Origin: an uncultured Gemmatimonadaceae bacterium
Lineage (GTDB): Bacteria > Gemmatimonadota > Gemmatimonadetes > Gemmatimonadales > Gemmatimonadaceae
DNA length: 64,000 nt
Direction: 5' to 3'
Assembly: GCA_963790305.1 (NCBI GenBank)
Contig: CAWBOC010000003.1
Span: 1-64,000, forward strand
The position numbers and the translations under genes are program-made. This document shows, piece after piece, positions 9,744 through 20,141 of this stretch (its first letter is position 1; the number at the start of each line of letters is the position of its first letter). The notes below the pieces were generated by a model that was not told where the DNA came from, searched no databases, and saw nothing but the letters and a program-made list of their open reading frames with translations.

Positions 9744-12519
9744 ATGCCCCGACCATTCGTTCGCTGCACGTTCGCGCTTCACATCACCACGGCGATGCTG
9801 CTGGTGCCCCTCTCCTTGCTCGCTCAGTCACCGACGGGACGGATCGTCGGTCGGATCCTCGATGCCGCGTCGGGTCACGGAGTGACCGATGCCGGTATTC
9901 AGGTCGTGGGGACTACGCTTGGCGTGAACTCCGGCGTGGAGGGTCGATACACACTGACGAGCGTGCCCGCTGGGACCGTCACCATTCAGGTGCGTCTGCT
10001 TGGGTACCAGCCCAAAACCGTGACCGGACTTCTACTCGCCGGGGGGGCCACACTCGAACAAGACATCTCCGCTCACCCCTGCGACCGTTAGGCTCGACGC
10101 GACCGTCGTCACTGCGGATGCTGAGCGAGGCTCGGTGAACGCGGCGCTCGACGCGCAGCGACGGGCCGCTGGCATCGTGAGCGCGATCACCGCGGAACAG
10201 ATCCAGCAAAGCCCCGACGGCGACGCCGCACAGGCGATTCAGCGGGTGTCGGGAGTCACCGTCCAGGACGGCAAATACGTCTTCGTGCGCGGACTAGGTG
10301 AGCGTTACACGACGACGTCGCTGAATGGGGCGAGACTCCCAAGCCCCGAGCCGGAGCGCAAGATCGTGCCGCTCGACCTGTTTCCGTCCTCGTTGCTGCA
10401 GACGATCACGACCTCCAAGACCTTCACTCCCGATCTGCCAGGTGATTTCGCCGGGGCACAAGTGGACATCCGCACTCGGGAGTTTCCGGCACGCCGCTCG
10501 ATGAGCTACTCTGCGTCGATCGGCTACAACGCCGCTGCCACCGGAAAGGACATGCTTGCCGCGCCGCGAGCGGGCGCGGAGTGGATGGGGTTTGGCGGGC
10601 AGGAGCGCCGGCTTCCGAGTGGGCTTCGCACGGCAGGCGACCTGAGCGGCGTTTCCCGCACCCAGATGAATGATCATCTTCGCTCCCTTCGCGGCGTGTG
10701 GTCGACTCGTGAGGCGGCGGGTGCACCCAACTCATCCTTCGGGTTGGCGCTGGGCGGGGAGGATGCGGTTCTCGGTCGCAATCTCGGTTACGTCGCCTCC
10801 GCGTCCTACGCCTTCAGCCAGGAGGTGCGCGCCGACGAGACTCGGGCAACTGCCATCGAGAGTGGCGACGCTGCCGCGACGCCGTACAACGTCTTCAATG
10901 GAGGGACTGGCCGCACGAGTGTCCTGTGGGGTGGCGTCCTCAATCTCAGCACCTGGCTCGGCGCTCATACGAAGCTCACGCTCGACAACACATACAGTCG
11001 AAGCGCTGACAATGAAGCCCACAGCGATGAGGGATTTTTCGAGGAGCTCGGCTTCGACATCCGGCGCACGACGCTCCGGTACATAGAGCGGAGCGTCAGA
11101 TCGCATCGGCTGCGTGCGCAGCACGTGGCCGGTGAGAGGCACTCGCTCGATTGGTCCTTGACGTCGTCGGCGGTGACACGCGACGAGCCCGATCGTTCCG
11201 ACCTCGTCTACGGACGGGAGACGGACGTCGCAACTGGTGCGCCGCTGCCCTGGGCCTGGATCTCGTACAAGCCGGAGTCTGCGCGCCGCAATTTTGGTGA
11301 GCTGCGCGAGAACTCGCTCGGCGGCGACCTCGCATACGCACTCAAGATCGGTGCGCCAGAGCGAGCCGTCATGCTGAAGCTCGGCGCCGCACATCGAACG
11401 ACGCAGCGAGACGCGGATTCACGCTTCTACAACATCCTCGGCTCGTCACTCTCCCGGAGTCAGCGGGAGGGATCTCCAGAGGAAATCTTTGACGGTCGGT
11501 ATGCCCAGGGCGACGATGAGAGCCTGCTCCTTACCTCGAGCACTGCCGGCGGCGCGTACCGAGCGGACGAAGACGTAACGGCGGGCTTCGCCATGGCGGA
11601 CATCCCGCTCGGGCAGAGGCTGCGGATGATCGGTGGCGCGCGCGTCGAACGCTGGACCCTCGGGCTCGACGCGCGTCCTGTCATCGGAGAGCGCGTCACG
11701 AGCCAGTTCCGCAACACCAATGTGCTTCCCTCGCTGACGCTGAATCTGACGGTTACCGAATCCCAGAACATCCGGCTATCAGCGTCACGCACGTTGTCGC
11801 GTCCCGAGTACCGCGAGCTGGCTCCCATTACGTATCGCGAAGCCCTGGGCGATCAGGAGACGTTCGGCAACCCGCACTTGCGACGCGCACTCATCGAGAA
11901 TTACGACGCGCGCTGGGAATGGTACCCGAGCTCGGTCGAGGTGGTCAGTGTCGCGTTGTTCGGAAAGCGCTTCACCGATCCGATCGAGCGAATCGACGTT
12001 GCGTCGACAGGGAAGTCTCAGCTCAGCTTCGCTAACGCCGCCGGCGGGGATAGCTACGGTGTGGAGCTGGAGGTGCGGAAGGGCCTGGCGATCCTGTCGC
12101 CGACATTCGCCCCCTTCACGCTGTTCGCGAATGCCACGCTGATGCGGAGCGAAATTCGCGCAGGCTCGGACACCTTGTCCGCCCTGACCAACCCGGATCG
12201 TCCGATGCTCGGCCAGGCCCCGTATGTCGTCAACAGCGGAGTGGGATGGTCGCGCGGCCGAGCAAGCGCGACGGCGTTGTTCAACGTCGTCGGAAAGCGC
12301 GTCGCCGCCGCCGGCGTGGGAGGCCTGCCCGACACGTACGAGATGCCCCGCAACGTACTCGACCTATCGATGAGCGTACCGGTCAGCGGTGCGATCGCCG
12401 TCAAGGTCAATGCGAAAAACCTGCTCGACGCCCCGCATCTCGTCAGGCAGGGCGCGGTCATTCGCGAGCGCTATACGACCGGACGGGTGCTATCGCTCGG
12501 GGTGTCCTGGCGCGACTGA
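9744..12519 (+). CDS. TonB-dependent receptor with N-terminal carboxypeptidase-regulatory-like domain (one apparent +1 frameshift near 10069)
   Basis: Signal peptide, GRIVGRILDAASG..GTVTIQVRLLGY, plug motifs AQAIQRVSGVTV, VRGLGERY, VPLDLFP and beta-barrel C-terminus. Removing one base near 10069 joins DIS to LTPATVRLDATVVTADAERGS. Confidence 0.88.
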
Positions 12520-12526
12520 GGCGCGA

Positions 12527-12565
12527 CGTGACGAAGCCGTGACCGATCCGTGCCCGGCTGATGAC
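12527..12565 (+). promoter_or_regulatory. Pho-box-like array of four 11-bp direct repeats
   Basis: CGTGAC 12527, CGTGAC 12538, CGTGCC 12549, GATGAC 12560; 21 of 23 bases match the site before pstS. Confidence 0.75.
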
Positions 12566-12629
12566 GCGGCTGGCCTACGCTCCACTCATGACACCTGACA
12601 ACGCAACGACTTCCTCGAGAGGCTTCAGC

Positions 12630-14330
12630 ATGATCGTGCCGTTCAACCGAGCGAGGGCGGCGACTGCGCTGCTCGCGATCTCTTTGCTCACAGCAGCGTG
12701 CGGTGAGGATGACCCCATTCAGCCGGTGCGTCCTCCGACGCCGCCGAACGTCGCCGTGTCGGCAACGTCAGCGACCGCCGTGCGCGTCACCTTCGACGCG
12801 GTGAGTGGGGCAACCTCGTATCTCGTGCAACGCGCTCCCGGCGCTGGCGGAACGTACGCTACCGTCGGTACGCCAAACACGAATAGTTACGACGATGACG
12901 ATCTCGAGCCCAACACGGCGTATCGGTACCGCGTGGCTTCCGTTCGCGGGGGCGATACCAGCGCGTTCAGCGCGGATCGTAACGTCACGACACTTCAGGC
13001 GGGGCGCGCCCAGGCGATTCTCGACGGGACAAATCCCATCGCTGTGAATCGAACCTTGTACGCCGACACCGTCTATGTGCTCAAGGGGTTCGTCAAGGTT
13101 GCTCCAAGCGTGACGCTCACGATCCAGCCCGGAACGAAGATTGTCGGGGATACGAACACCGTCGGCAGCTCGCTGTACGTGCTGCGTGGCGCGCGCCTCG
13201 AGGCGAACGGAACGCGCGACAATCCGATCGTCTTCACCTCACAGCGCGCCGCGCCGAATCGCAAGCCCGGTGATTGGGGTGGCATCGTGATCATCGGCCG
13301 CGGAGTGATCAATCGCACCGCGAACCCCATTCTCACCGAGGGGCCTGCTGGCGTCTCGGAGAATTACGCCGGCGGGAGCGACAACAACGACTCGAGCGGA
13401 TCGCTCCGCTTCGTCCGCATTGAGTTCGCCGGTTACGATATCTCGAGCGGCAATGGCCAGGAGCTCAACTCACTCTCCATGTACGCCGTCGGTCGTGGCA
13501 CCACGCTGGAGTACGTACAGTCGCTGGCGGGCCTGGATGATTCGTTCGAGTGGTGGGGTGGCGCCGTCGATGGGCGATACCTCGTCTCGTATGAGGCGGG
13601 GGACGACCACTTCGACTGGACCGAAGGGTATCGCGGGCGCAACCAGTTTTTGATCGCCTATCAGTCGACTCGCCTGGCGCCGCGCACCGGCGCGGGGACC
13701 TTCTCGGGGGATCCACGTGCCTTCGAAGGCGACGGATGTGATCCTGCCGTGGCTGGTTGCACGGTCTCGGCGACCGGGACGAGCGAGCCTTTCTCACTTC
13801 CCGTGTTTGCGAATTTCACCGTGATCGGCCCTGGCAGCCTTGCCGGATTCCCCAGCGATGGCAACGCGCTCGTTGCGCGCCGCGGTACCGGTGGCGTGTT
13901 CGTGAACGGGGCGATCGCTCGCTGGCCAGGGCGCGCGGTCAACGTGCGCGATGCCTTCACCGACTCGCTCCGTCTTCGAGACAGCCTCTACATCGGCTAT
14001 CTCGCGCTGGCCGAGAACGGTGCGAACTACGATCCGGACGGATCCAACTTTGGACAGGAAGCAAAATTTGCGGCCAATGGAATGACGGCCGCTGCTGGAG
14101 CAGCAACGACGCTGTTCGTGAGTGTCAGCGGGCCGAACTTCGACTTTACCCCGGTGGCCGCGGGACCCGCCGCCACTGGAGGCCTGACGACGTTCCCCGC
14201 TCGCATAAGCGCGCGCGTCACAAACTTTCTCGGGGCGACTTCCCTCCCGGCGACGCCCTATCGAGGCGCCGCGAGCCCCGACGGGTCGAACAAATGGTGG
14301 GAAGGCTGGACGGCGCACGCTACGAACTGA
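12630..14330 (+). CDS. Surface lipoprotein with FN3 domain and beta-rich domain, recalled as ElpS-like
   Basis: Lipobox LTAAC, FN3 (DLEPNTAYRYRVAS), GTRDNPIVFTS, GDWGGIVIIG, SGSLRFVRIEFAG, DDSFEWWGG, DDHFDW and terminal WWEGWT. Family assignment is from memory, not a search. Confidence 0.7.
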   Translation: MIVPFNRARAATALLAISLLTAACGEDDPIQPVRPPTPPNVAVSATSATAVRVTFDAVSGATSYLVQRAPGAGGTYATVGTPNTNSYDDDDLEPNTAYRYRVASVRGGDTSAFSADRNVTTLQAGRAQAILDGTNPIAVNRTLYADTVYVLKGFVKVAPSVTLTIQPGTKIVGDTNTVGSSLYVLRGARLEANGTRDNPIVFTSQRAAPNRKPGDWGGIVIIGRGVINRTANPILTEGPAGVSENYAGGSDNNDSSGSLRFVRIEFAGYDISSGNGQELNSLSMYAVGRGTTLEYVQSLAGLDDSFEWWGGAVDGRYLVSYEAGDDHFDWTEGYRGRNQFLIAYQSTRLAPRTGAGTFSGDPRAFEGDGCDPAVAGCTVSATGTSEPFSLPVFANFTVIGPGSLAGFPSDGNALVARRGTGGVFVNGAIARWPGRAVNVRDAFTDSLRLRDSLYIGYLALAENGANYDPDGSNFGQEAKFAANGMTAAAGAATTLFVSVSGPNFDFTPVAAGPAATGGLTTFPARISARVTNFLGATSLPATPYRGAASPDGSNKWWEGWTAHATN

Positions 14331-14920
14331 TGCGCCACGCTCTCGGTCTCGCACTGCTCGCCGCCGTCATGGCGAGCAGTGCGTGCTCGCGCTCCGATGC
14401 TCGCGCGACCACGGTCGCCCCATCGGACACGCTTCACTCGTCCGAGGAGTCGCTTCGCCGTTTTCGCCACACGCTCACTCCGGTTGAATCGCTCGCACCG
14501 GTATTCAAGAGCAAGGAGGACCTTGCTCGCGCTTACGTCGCTGCCATCCTGTCAAGCGACATGCGCGGCATCGCGCAGACGTTGATGACACGCGCGGAGT
14601 TCGCCTGGGTGTATTATCCCGAGAATCCGCTCTCCAGGCCGCCGTACGAGCTCCCCGCGGGACTCGCCTGGTTCGAGCTCGAAGGCAATAGCCTGGCGGG
14701 CGTTCGCCGCGCCCTCGCGACCTACGGCGGCCGGGGTGTCGTCCTTCGTGAGCTCCAGTGCTCGCTTGCGCCCGTTGAACAGCGGACGAACCGGCTGTGG
14801 AATGGATGCGTTGCGGTGCTCAGACATGAAGACGGAAGCGACGCAGAGGTGCGGATGTTTGGAACCATCCTCGAGCGAGGAGGGAGATTCAAGCTCGTCA
14901 CCGCAGCCAACGATTTGTAA
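14330..14920 (+). CDS. Hypothetical lipoprotein
   Basis: TGATG overlap with the upstream gene; signal MRHALGLALLAAVMASSAC. Confidence 0.7.
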   Translation: MRHALGLALLAAVMASSACSRSDARATTVAPSDTLHSSEESLRRFRHTLTPVESLAPVFKSKEDLARAYVAAILSSDMRGIAQTLMTRAEFAWVYYPENPLSRPPYELPAGLAWFELEGNSLAGVRRALATYGGRGVVLRELQCSLAPVEQRTNRLWNGCVAVLRHEDGSDAEVRMFGTILERGGRFKLVTAANDL

Positions 14921-14942
14921 CGCGCTGTTACCGTTCCGATAC
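14916..14942 (+). promoter_or_regulatory. Possible Pho box upstream of the porin gene
   Basis: TGTAAC 14916, TGTTAC 14926, CGATAC 14937 (spacings 10, 11). Confidence 0.4.
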
Positions 14943-15042
14943 ACGCCACCCCATCCGTGTTCGAGTCTGCCCGGTAGTCTTGATGCGCGAGCGCGCACGC
15001 GATACTCCGTCGCGACGCCTGAGCCCACTCGAGACTCCGGTC

Positions 15043-16236
15043 ATGCCACGTCACCATCGCATACCCGTCGCTCTTCTGCTGTGCGCACTCGTCGCGCATG
15101 CCGTCCATGCGCAACGACCGGACAGCGTCGTCCGCTCGGACACCGCCCGGCCCGCCGAGGCGCCGAAAGCCGCCGAGCCCGCGAAGACACCACAGCTCGA
15201 GTTCTCCGGGGTCATCTTCGCGAACTGGAGCTACCGCACCGACAGGGGCGCACGTGCTCAGAACAGGTTCGACGTCGAGCGCGCCTATCTCACCTTTCGA
15301 ATGCCTGCCGGCGACCGCGCGAGCGTGCGCGTCACGGCCGATGTCTTTCAGAACACCGTCGCGCCCGGAGACGCGTTCTATCGCGGGTGGGCATTCCGGG
15401 CGAAGTACGCGTACCTCCAGTATGACGCGCTTCGCGGCCGGAGTGGGCTCACCGCCACTGCCCGCCTCGGGATGCTGCAGACGGTGGTCATCGAGCACGT
15501 CGAGTCCTTCTGGCCGAGGTGGATCTCTCGCACCGCGGTTGAGCTGAATGGGTTCTTTCAGTCCGCCGACCTTGGCCTCGCGACCCTGGTCGGATTGCCC
15601 GGCAAGCGGGGCGAGATCTACGCGACGGTCACCAACGGTCCCGGCTACTCCTCGCGAGAGACCGATCGCTTCAAGGATGCTGCGCTTCGCCTAACGCTCA
15701 CCCCATTCGCGGCCAAAGCCGGCTTTCTGCAAGCGACGGCGTTGTCGGTCTGGGGTTACAAGGGCGCGATCGCCTCACGATTCGTCAGCGGGGGGACGGG
15801 ACAGGTGGGGCCCGTCGGCGAAGGGCTGCAGCGCGACCGCTGGGGTGTGTTCGCGGGAGTGCGCGATCGCCGGCTGACGCTGGGTGCCGAGCTCGCGAGG
15901 CGGATCGAGGAGGGCGAGCTGGGCAACAACACTGTGGCAAGCCCACGAGTGCTCATCGACAGCACAAGCACGCTCGTATCGGCATTCGCTGTCGTACGGC
16001 CACTCGAGCTCCTCACGCCCGCGACACGAAGTCCGTTGGCCGCGGTGGTGCGTTATGACCGGGCCCGGTTCAACGACGACGCGGCGCCTGCGCAGAGGCT
16101 CATTATCGCCGGGCTCATTTGGGACATCACGTCGCGGCTCTCAATGGCGGCTGACTACCAGCAGCTGCTTCCGCGTGATGGAGCGCCGGGCAGTGATGCG
16201 AAGACCTGGTTTGCCCACTTCGTGGCGAATTTCTGA
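15043..16236 (+). CDS. Outer-membrane porin, probably phosphate/anion-selective (OprO/OprP-like role)
   Basis: Signal peptide, FDVERAYLTF and KYAYLQY motifs, alternating beta-strands, C-terminal Phe (FVANF); directly upstream of pstS. Confidence 0.7.
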   Translation: MPRHHRIPVALLLCALVAHAVHAQRPDSVVRSDTARPAEAPKAAEPAKTPQLEFSGVIFANWSYRTDRGARAQNRFDVERAYLTFRMPAGDRASVRVTADVFQNTVAPGDAFYRGWAFRAKYAYLQYDALRGRSGLTATARLGMLQTVVIEHVESFWPRWISRTAVELNGFFQSADLGLATLVGLPGKRGEIYATVTNGPGYSSRETDRFKDAALRLTLTPFAAKAGFLQATALSVWGYKGAIASRFVSGGTGQVGPVGEGLQRDRWGVFAGVRDRRLTLGAELARRIEEGELGNNTVASPRVLIDSTSTLVSAFAVVRPLELLTPATRSPLAAVVRYDRARFNDDAAPAQRLIIAGLIWDITSRLSMAADYQQLLPRDGAPGSDAKTWFAHFVANF

Positions 16237-16244
16237 TCGCGCGT

Positions 16245-16272
16245 TGTGACGAAGCCGTTACCGAGCCGATTG
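16245..16272 (+). promoter_or_regulatory. Pho box upstream of pstS
   Basis: TGTGAC 16245, CGTTAC 16256, CGATTG 16267 at 11-bp spacing; GTGACGAAGCCGTTACCGAGCCG is near-identical to 12528-12550. Confidence 0.75.
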
Positions 16273-16335
16273 GGGACCTCCGGCCGCCCGGGCCTACCTT
16301 TCGATGGCAATGCATCCTCCTCCTGGAGCCCAAAC

Positions 16336-17412
16336 GTGAAGCGAGACCTCCTGGTCGTCCTTGCACTCGGCGTGGCTGCGTGCGCTCCCTCGGATCGACA
16401 GGGCAGCGACACCGCCGCTGGAAGCGTGACCGGCTCCGCCGGCGTGGCCCTCACTGGCGCGGGCGCGACATTTCCGTACCCGATTTACTCGAAGTGGTTC
16501 AGCGACTACGCCACGCGGACCGGCGTGAAGATCAACTACCAATCGATCGGCTCGGGCGGGGGCATTCGTCAGCTCTCGGAGGGCACAGTCGATTTCGGCG
16601 CCACCGACAGCCCGATGAGTGACAGCGAGCTGGCCAAGTCCAAGGGCGGGGCGATCCTGCACATCCCGACGGTGATGGGCGCGGTCGTCGCGACGTACAA
16701 CGTTCCGGGCCTCGCCGAGCCCCTCAAGCTCACCGGCCAGGTGCTCGCCGACATTTTCCTGGGGCGCATACGCCGCTGGAACGACGCGCGCATCGCGGCA
16801 CTCAATGGTGACGCGGCGCTGCCTAACCAGGACATCCTCGTGGTCCATCGCTCCGACGGAAGCGGCACGACCTACATTTTCACGGATTACCTCAGCAACG
16901 TGAGCCCGGCGTGGAAGGGCGGGCCCGGAACGGGAAAGGAAGTGCAGTGGCCCGCGGGGCTGGGTGCAAAGGGCAACGAAGGGGTCGCGGGTCAGGTGAA
17001 GCAGACCCCCGGATCGATCGGGTACGTCGAGCTCGCTTACGCGAAGCAGAACCGCCTCGCGTTCGCGAACATGCAGAATGCCTCGGGCGAGTTCGTGACT
17101 CCCACGATCGAGTCGGTCACCGCCGCCGCGGCAGGAGTCGTGGCGCGGCTGCCGAATGACACCGACTACCGAATCTCCATCGTGAACGCGCCGGGGACTG
17201 GAGCGTACCCGATCTCATCGTTCACCTGGATCATTCTTCATCAGCAGCAGCCCGATGCCGACAAAGGTCAGAAGCTGGTCGACTTCCTGCGATGGGCGCT
17301 CCGCGAAGGTGGCGCATTTGCCGCCGCCCTCGACTACGCGCCACTGCCGCAGGAGATGGTCACTCGGCTGGAGCAGCGCCTCGGGACCGTGACGTTCGGC
17401 GCACGCGCGTGA
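16336..17412 (+). CDS. pstS: Phosphate ABC transporter substrate-binding lipoprotein
   Basis: GAGATFPYP, YQSIGSGGG, RSDGSGTT, GAKGNEGV, GSIGYVE; GGAG RBS, GTG start and lipobox VAAC. Confidence 0.96.
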   Translation: MKRDLLVVLALGVAACAPSDRQGSDTAAGSVTGSAGVALTGAGATFPYPIYSKWFSDYATRTGVKINYQSIGSGGGIRQLSEGTVDFGATDSPMSDSELAKSKGGAILHIPTVMGAVVATYNVPGLAEPLKLTGQVLADIFLGRIRRWNDARIAALNGDAALPNQDILVVHRSDGSGTTYIFTDYLSNVSPAWKGGPGTGKEVQWPAGLGAKGNEGVAGQVKQTPGSIGYVELAYAKQNRLAFANMQNASGEFVTPTIESVTAAAAGVVARLPNDTDYRISIVNAPGTGAYPISSFTWIILHQQQPDADKGQKLVDFLRWALREGGAFAAALDYAPLPQEMVTRLEQRLGTVTFGARA

Positions 17413-18395
17413 CGACTAGCGGGACTTCCGAAGTCGCGCCGGAAGAGGAGGGCCTCGCCGCCCGCCTCTCCGGAGCGAACATCGGAGATCGCGCGTATCG
17501 GATAGTCATTACGGCATTCGCCGTGTGCGTTCCCGTTCTCCTGTTGCTCATCGCGTGGGAGATCGGGATCGCGGGATGGCCGGCATTCCGTGAGTTCGGG
17601 CCTGGCTTTCTCGCATCGAGCACATGGGACCCGGTGCGCGGTGTCTTTGGAGCCGCGCCGGCGATCTATGGCACGATCGTGTCATCGATCCTCGCTCTCC
17701 TCATCGCGACGCCGCTTGCCCTGGGCGTCGCACTGTTTCTGTCCGAGTTCGCGCCACCATGGTTACGCCAGCCGGTCGCGTTTCTCGTTGACTTGCTCGC
17801 CGCGATTCCGAGCGTGGTATACGGTCTGTGGGGGATTTTCGTACTCCTGCCGCTTCTGCGCGAGCACCTGATGCCGTTCCTGCGCGATACGCTGCATCTC
17901 GGCTCGACACCGCTGTTCAGCGGGCCCGCGTACGGGCCGAGCATGCTCGCTGCCGGGATCATTCTGGCGATCATGGTGCTGCCCTACATCTCCTCGGTGT
18001 CGCGCGAGGTCCTGCTCGCCGTGCCGCGCTCGCAGCGGGAGGCAGCGCTTGCCCTGGGCGCAACGCGATGGGAAGCGATCCGCGGCGCCGTGCTCCCGTA
18101 CGCTCGCTCGGGCATCCTCGGCGGCGTGATTCTCGGCCTGGGGCGGGCCCTCGGGGAAACGATGGCGGTGACGATGTTGATCGGGAACAAGCACGACATC
18201 AGCGCCTCGCTGCTTGCCCCCGGCTACACCATGGCGTCGCTCATCGCCAACGAATTCGCCGAGGCGACGGGCGATTTGCACCTCTCGGCGCTGATGGCGG
18301 TCGGCTTCACCCTCTTCTGCCTAACGCTCCTGGTGAACGCGATCGCGCGGTGGCTGGTGTGGCGCGTCACGCGTGGCGCCGGAGTGGCCCGATGA
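17409..18395 (+). CDS. pstC: Phosphate ABC transporter permease PstC
   Basis: [37 protein letters not shown]. Confidence 0.95.
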   Translation: MTTSGTSEVAPEEEGLAARLSGANIGDRAYRIVITAFAVCVPVLLLLIAWEIGIAGWPAFREFGPGFLASSTWDPVRGVFGAAPAIYGTIVSSILALLIATPLALGVALFLSEFAPPWLRQPVAFLVDLLAAIPSVVYGLWGIFVLLPLLREHLMPFLRDTLHLGSTPLFSGPAYGPSMLAAGIILAIMVLPYISSVSREVLLAVPRSQREAALALGATRWEAIRGAVLPYARSGILGGVILGLGRALGETMAVTMLIGNKHDISASLLAPGYTMASLIANEFAEATGDLHLSALMAVGFTLFCLTLLVNAIARWLVWRVTRGAGVAR

Positions 18396-19321
18396 GCGCG
18401 ACGGTCGCCCAACGGCCGAGCGCCCACACCCCGCGGCCCAGTCAGCGGCAACGGGCGTTCGCTGACCGTACGCGACGGCGCGTGCGGCGGCGGCGCGTGG
18501 CCAACACGGTGATGGTGGTCGTCCTCGGCACTGCGGCCGTCGCCGCCACCCTGCCCCTGATCTTCATTCTGTGGCACCTCGTGCGTGAAGGGGCGAGCGC
18601 ACTGTCGCTTGACTTCTTCACTCAAATGCCGAAGCCGGTTGGCGAGGCGGGAGGTGGGCTCGCCAACGCCATCGTGGGAACGCTCATTCTGATCGGAATC
18701 GCCACGGCGATCGGGCTGCCCATCGGGGTGGGCGCCGGACTGTACCTCGCCGAGTATCGGCGTTCGCCGCTCGCTACGGTCGTGCGCTTCCTCTCCGATG
18801 TATTGAACGGACTGCCCTCGATCGTCATGGGCATCTTCGCCTGGCAGTTCCTGGTGCGCCCGGTCGGTCACTTTTCGGCACTGGCCGGCGGGGTCGCGTT
18901 GGCGGCGATGATGATTCCCATGGTCACGCGCACCACCGAGGAGATGGTTCGCCTGGTGCCGGTCGCGCTGCGCGAGGCGGCGTTGGCGTTAGGCTATACC
19001 CGGTGGCGGACCTCGGTCACCGTCGTACTGCGCACCGCCACTGCCGGCATCGTCACTGGCGCGCTCGTCGCCGTCGCCCGCATCGCCGGCGAGACCGCTC
19101 CCCTGCTCTTCACCGCGTTCGGCAATCAGTTCTGGTCGGTTCGACTGGATGAGCCCGTTGCCGCGCTTCCGCTTCAGATCTTCAACTATGCCGTCAGCCC
19201 CTATGATGAGTGGCATGCCCTCGCCTGGGCGGGAGCCCTCGTCCTCATTACGCTCGTCTTCCTCATCAGTCTCGCTGCCCGCTTCGCGACCCGCGCGCGG
19301 TTTGGCGGGATGGGTGACTGA
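18392..19321 (+). CDS. pstA: Phosphate ABC transporter permease PstA
   Basis: [31 protein letters not shown]. Confidence 0.95.
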   Translation: MSATVAQRPSAHTPRPSQRQRAFADRTRRRVRRRRVANTVMVVVLGTAAVAATLPLIFILWHLVREGASALSLDFFTQMPKPVGEAGGGLANAIVGTLILIGIATAIGLPIGVGAGLYLAEYRRSPLATVVRFLSDVLNGLPSIVMGIFAWQFLVRPVGHFSALAGGVALAAMMIPMVTRTTEEMVRLVPVALREAALALGYTRWRTSVTVVLRTATAGIVTGALVAVARIAGETAPLLFTAFGNQFWSVRLDEPVAALPLQIFNYAVSPYDEWHALAWAGALVLITLVFLISLAARFATRARFGGMGD

Positions 19322-20141
19322 CGACGCTCGCATGACCGCGCCGAAGCCGACGGCGGCTGCGCCGCACGCGGAGCGCGAGACGCGTGCGCGCGTCGCGGTA
19401 CGCAGCCTCAATGCGTTCTTCGCCGACGTGCAGGCCATTAAGGACGTGTCGCTCGCGTTCGACGATCGCAGCGTGACGGCGATCATCGGACCCTCAGGAT
19501 GCGGCAAGTCGACATTCCTGCGCTGCTTGAACCGAATGCACGAGACCATTCCAGGCGCGAGAGTGTCAGGGTCGGTCGAGCTCGACGGGACGGACATCTA
19601 CGCCCGGGGCTCGAACCCGATTCGCGTACGGCAGCATATCGGCATGGTCTTCCAGCGACCGACACCGTTCCCGACGATGTCCGTTCGCGATAACGTGGCC
19701 GCCGGGCTTCGTATCCTGAGCAAGCGTCCTTCGCGGAAGGAGACCAACCAGATCGTGGAGCGTGCCTTGCGACGCGCCGCTCTCTGGGATGAAGTCTCCG
19801 ATCGGCTCGACAGCAGCGCGCTCGGCCTCTCCGGCGGCCAGCAGCAACGGCTTTGCATCGCGAGAGCCCTGGCAACGGAACCGGGTGTGTTGCTGCTGGA
19901 CGAGCCGACGGCCTCGCTCGACCCACTGAGCACGCAACGCGTGGAGGAGCTCCTCTACGAGTTGCGCCGGGACATGACGGTCGTGATCGTGACGCACAAC
20001 ATGCAGCAAGCGGCGCGCGTCTCCGACACGACCGCGTTCTTTCTGAGCGGGGAGCTGGTGGAGGCGGCCCCGACACGAGCGATGTTTACGACGCCGGCCG
20101 ACCCACGGACCGAGGCGTACATCACAGGGAGATTCGGATGA
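19314..20141 (+). CDS. pstB: Phosphate ABC transporter ATPase PstB, copy 1
   Basis: [38 protein letters not shown]; start GTG 19314 or ATG 19332. Confidence 0.94.
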   Translation: MTDDARMTAPKPTAAAPHAERETRARVAVRSLNAFFADVQAIKDVSLAFDDRSVTAIIGPSGCGKSTFLRCLNRMHETIPGARVSGSVELDGTDIYARGSNPIRVRQHIGMVFQRPTPFPTMSVRDNVAAGLRILSKRPSRKETNQIVERALRRAALWDEVSDRLDSSALGLSGGQQQRLCIARALATEPGVLLLDEPTASLDPLSTQRVEELLYELRRDMTVVIVTHNMQQAARVSDTTAFFLSGELVEAAPTRAMFTTPADPRTEAYITGRFG

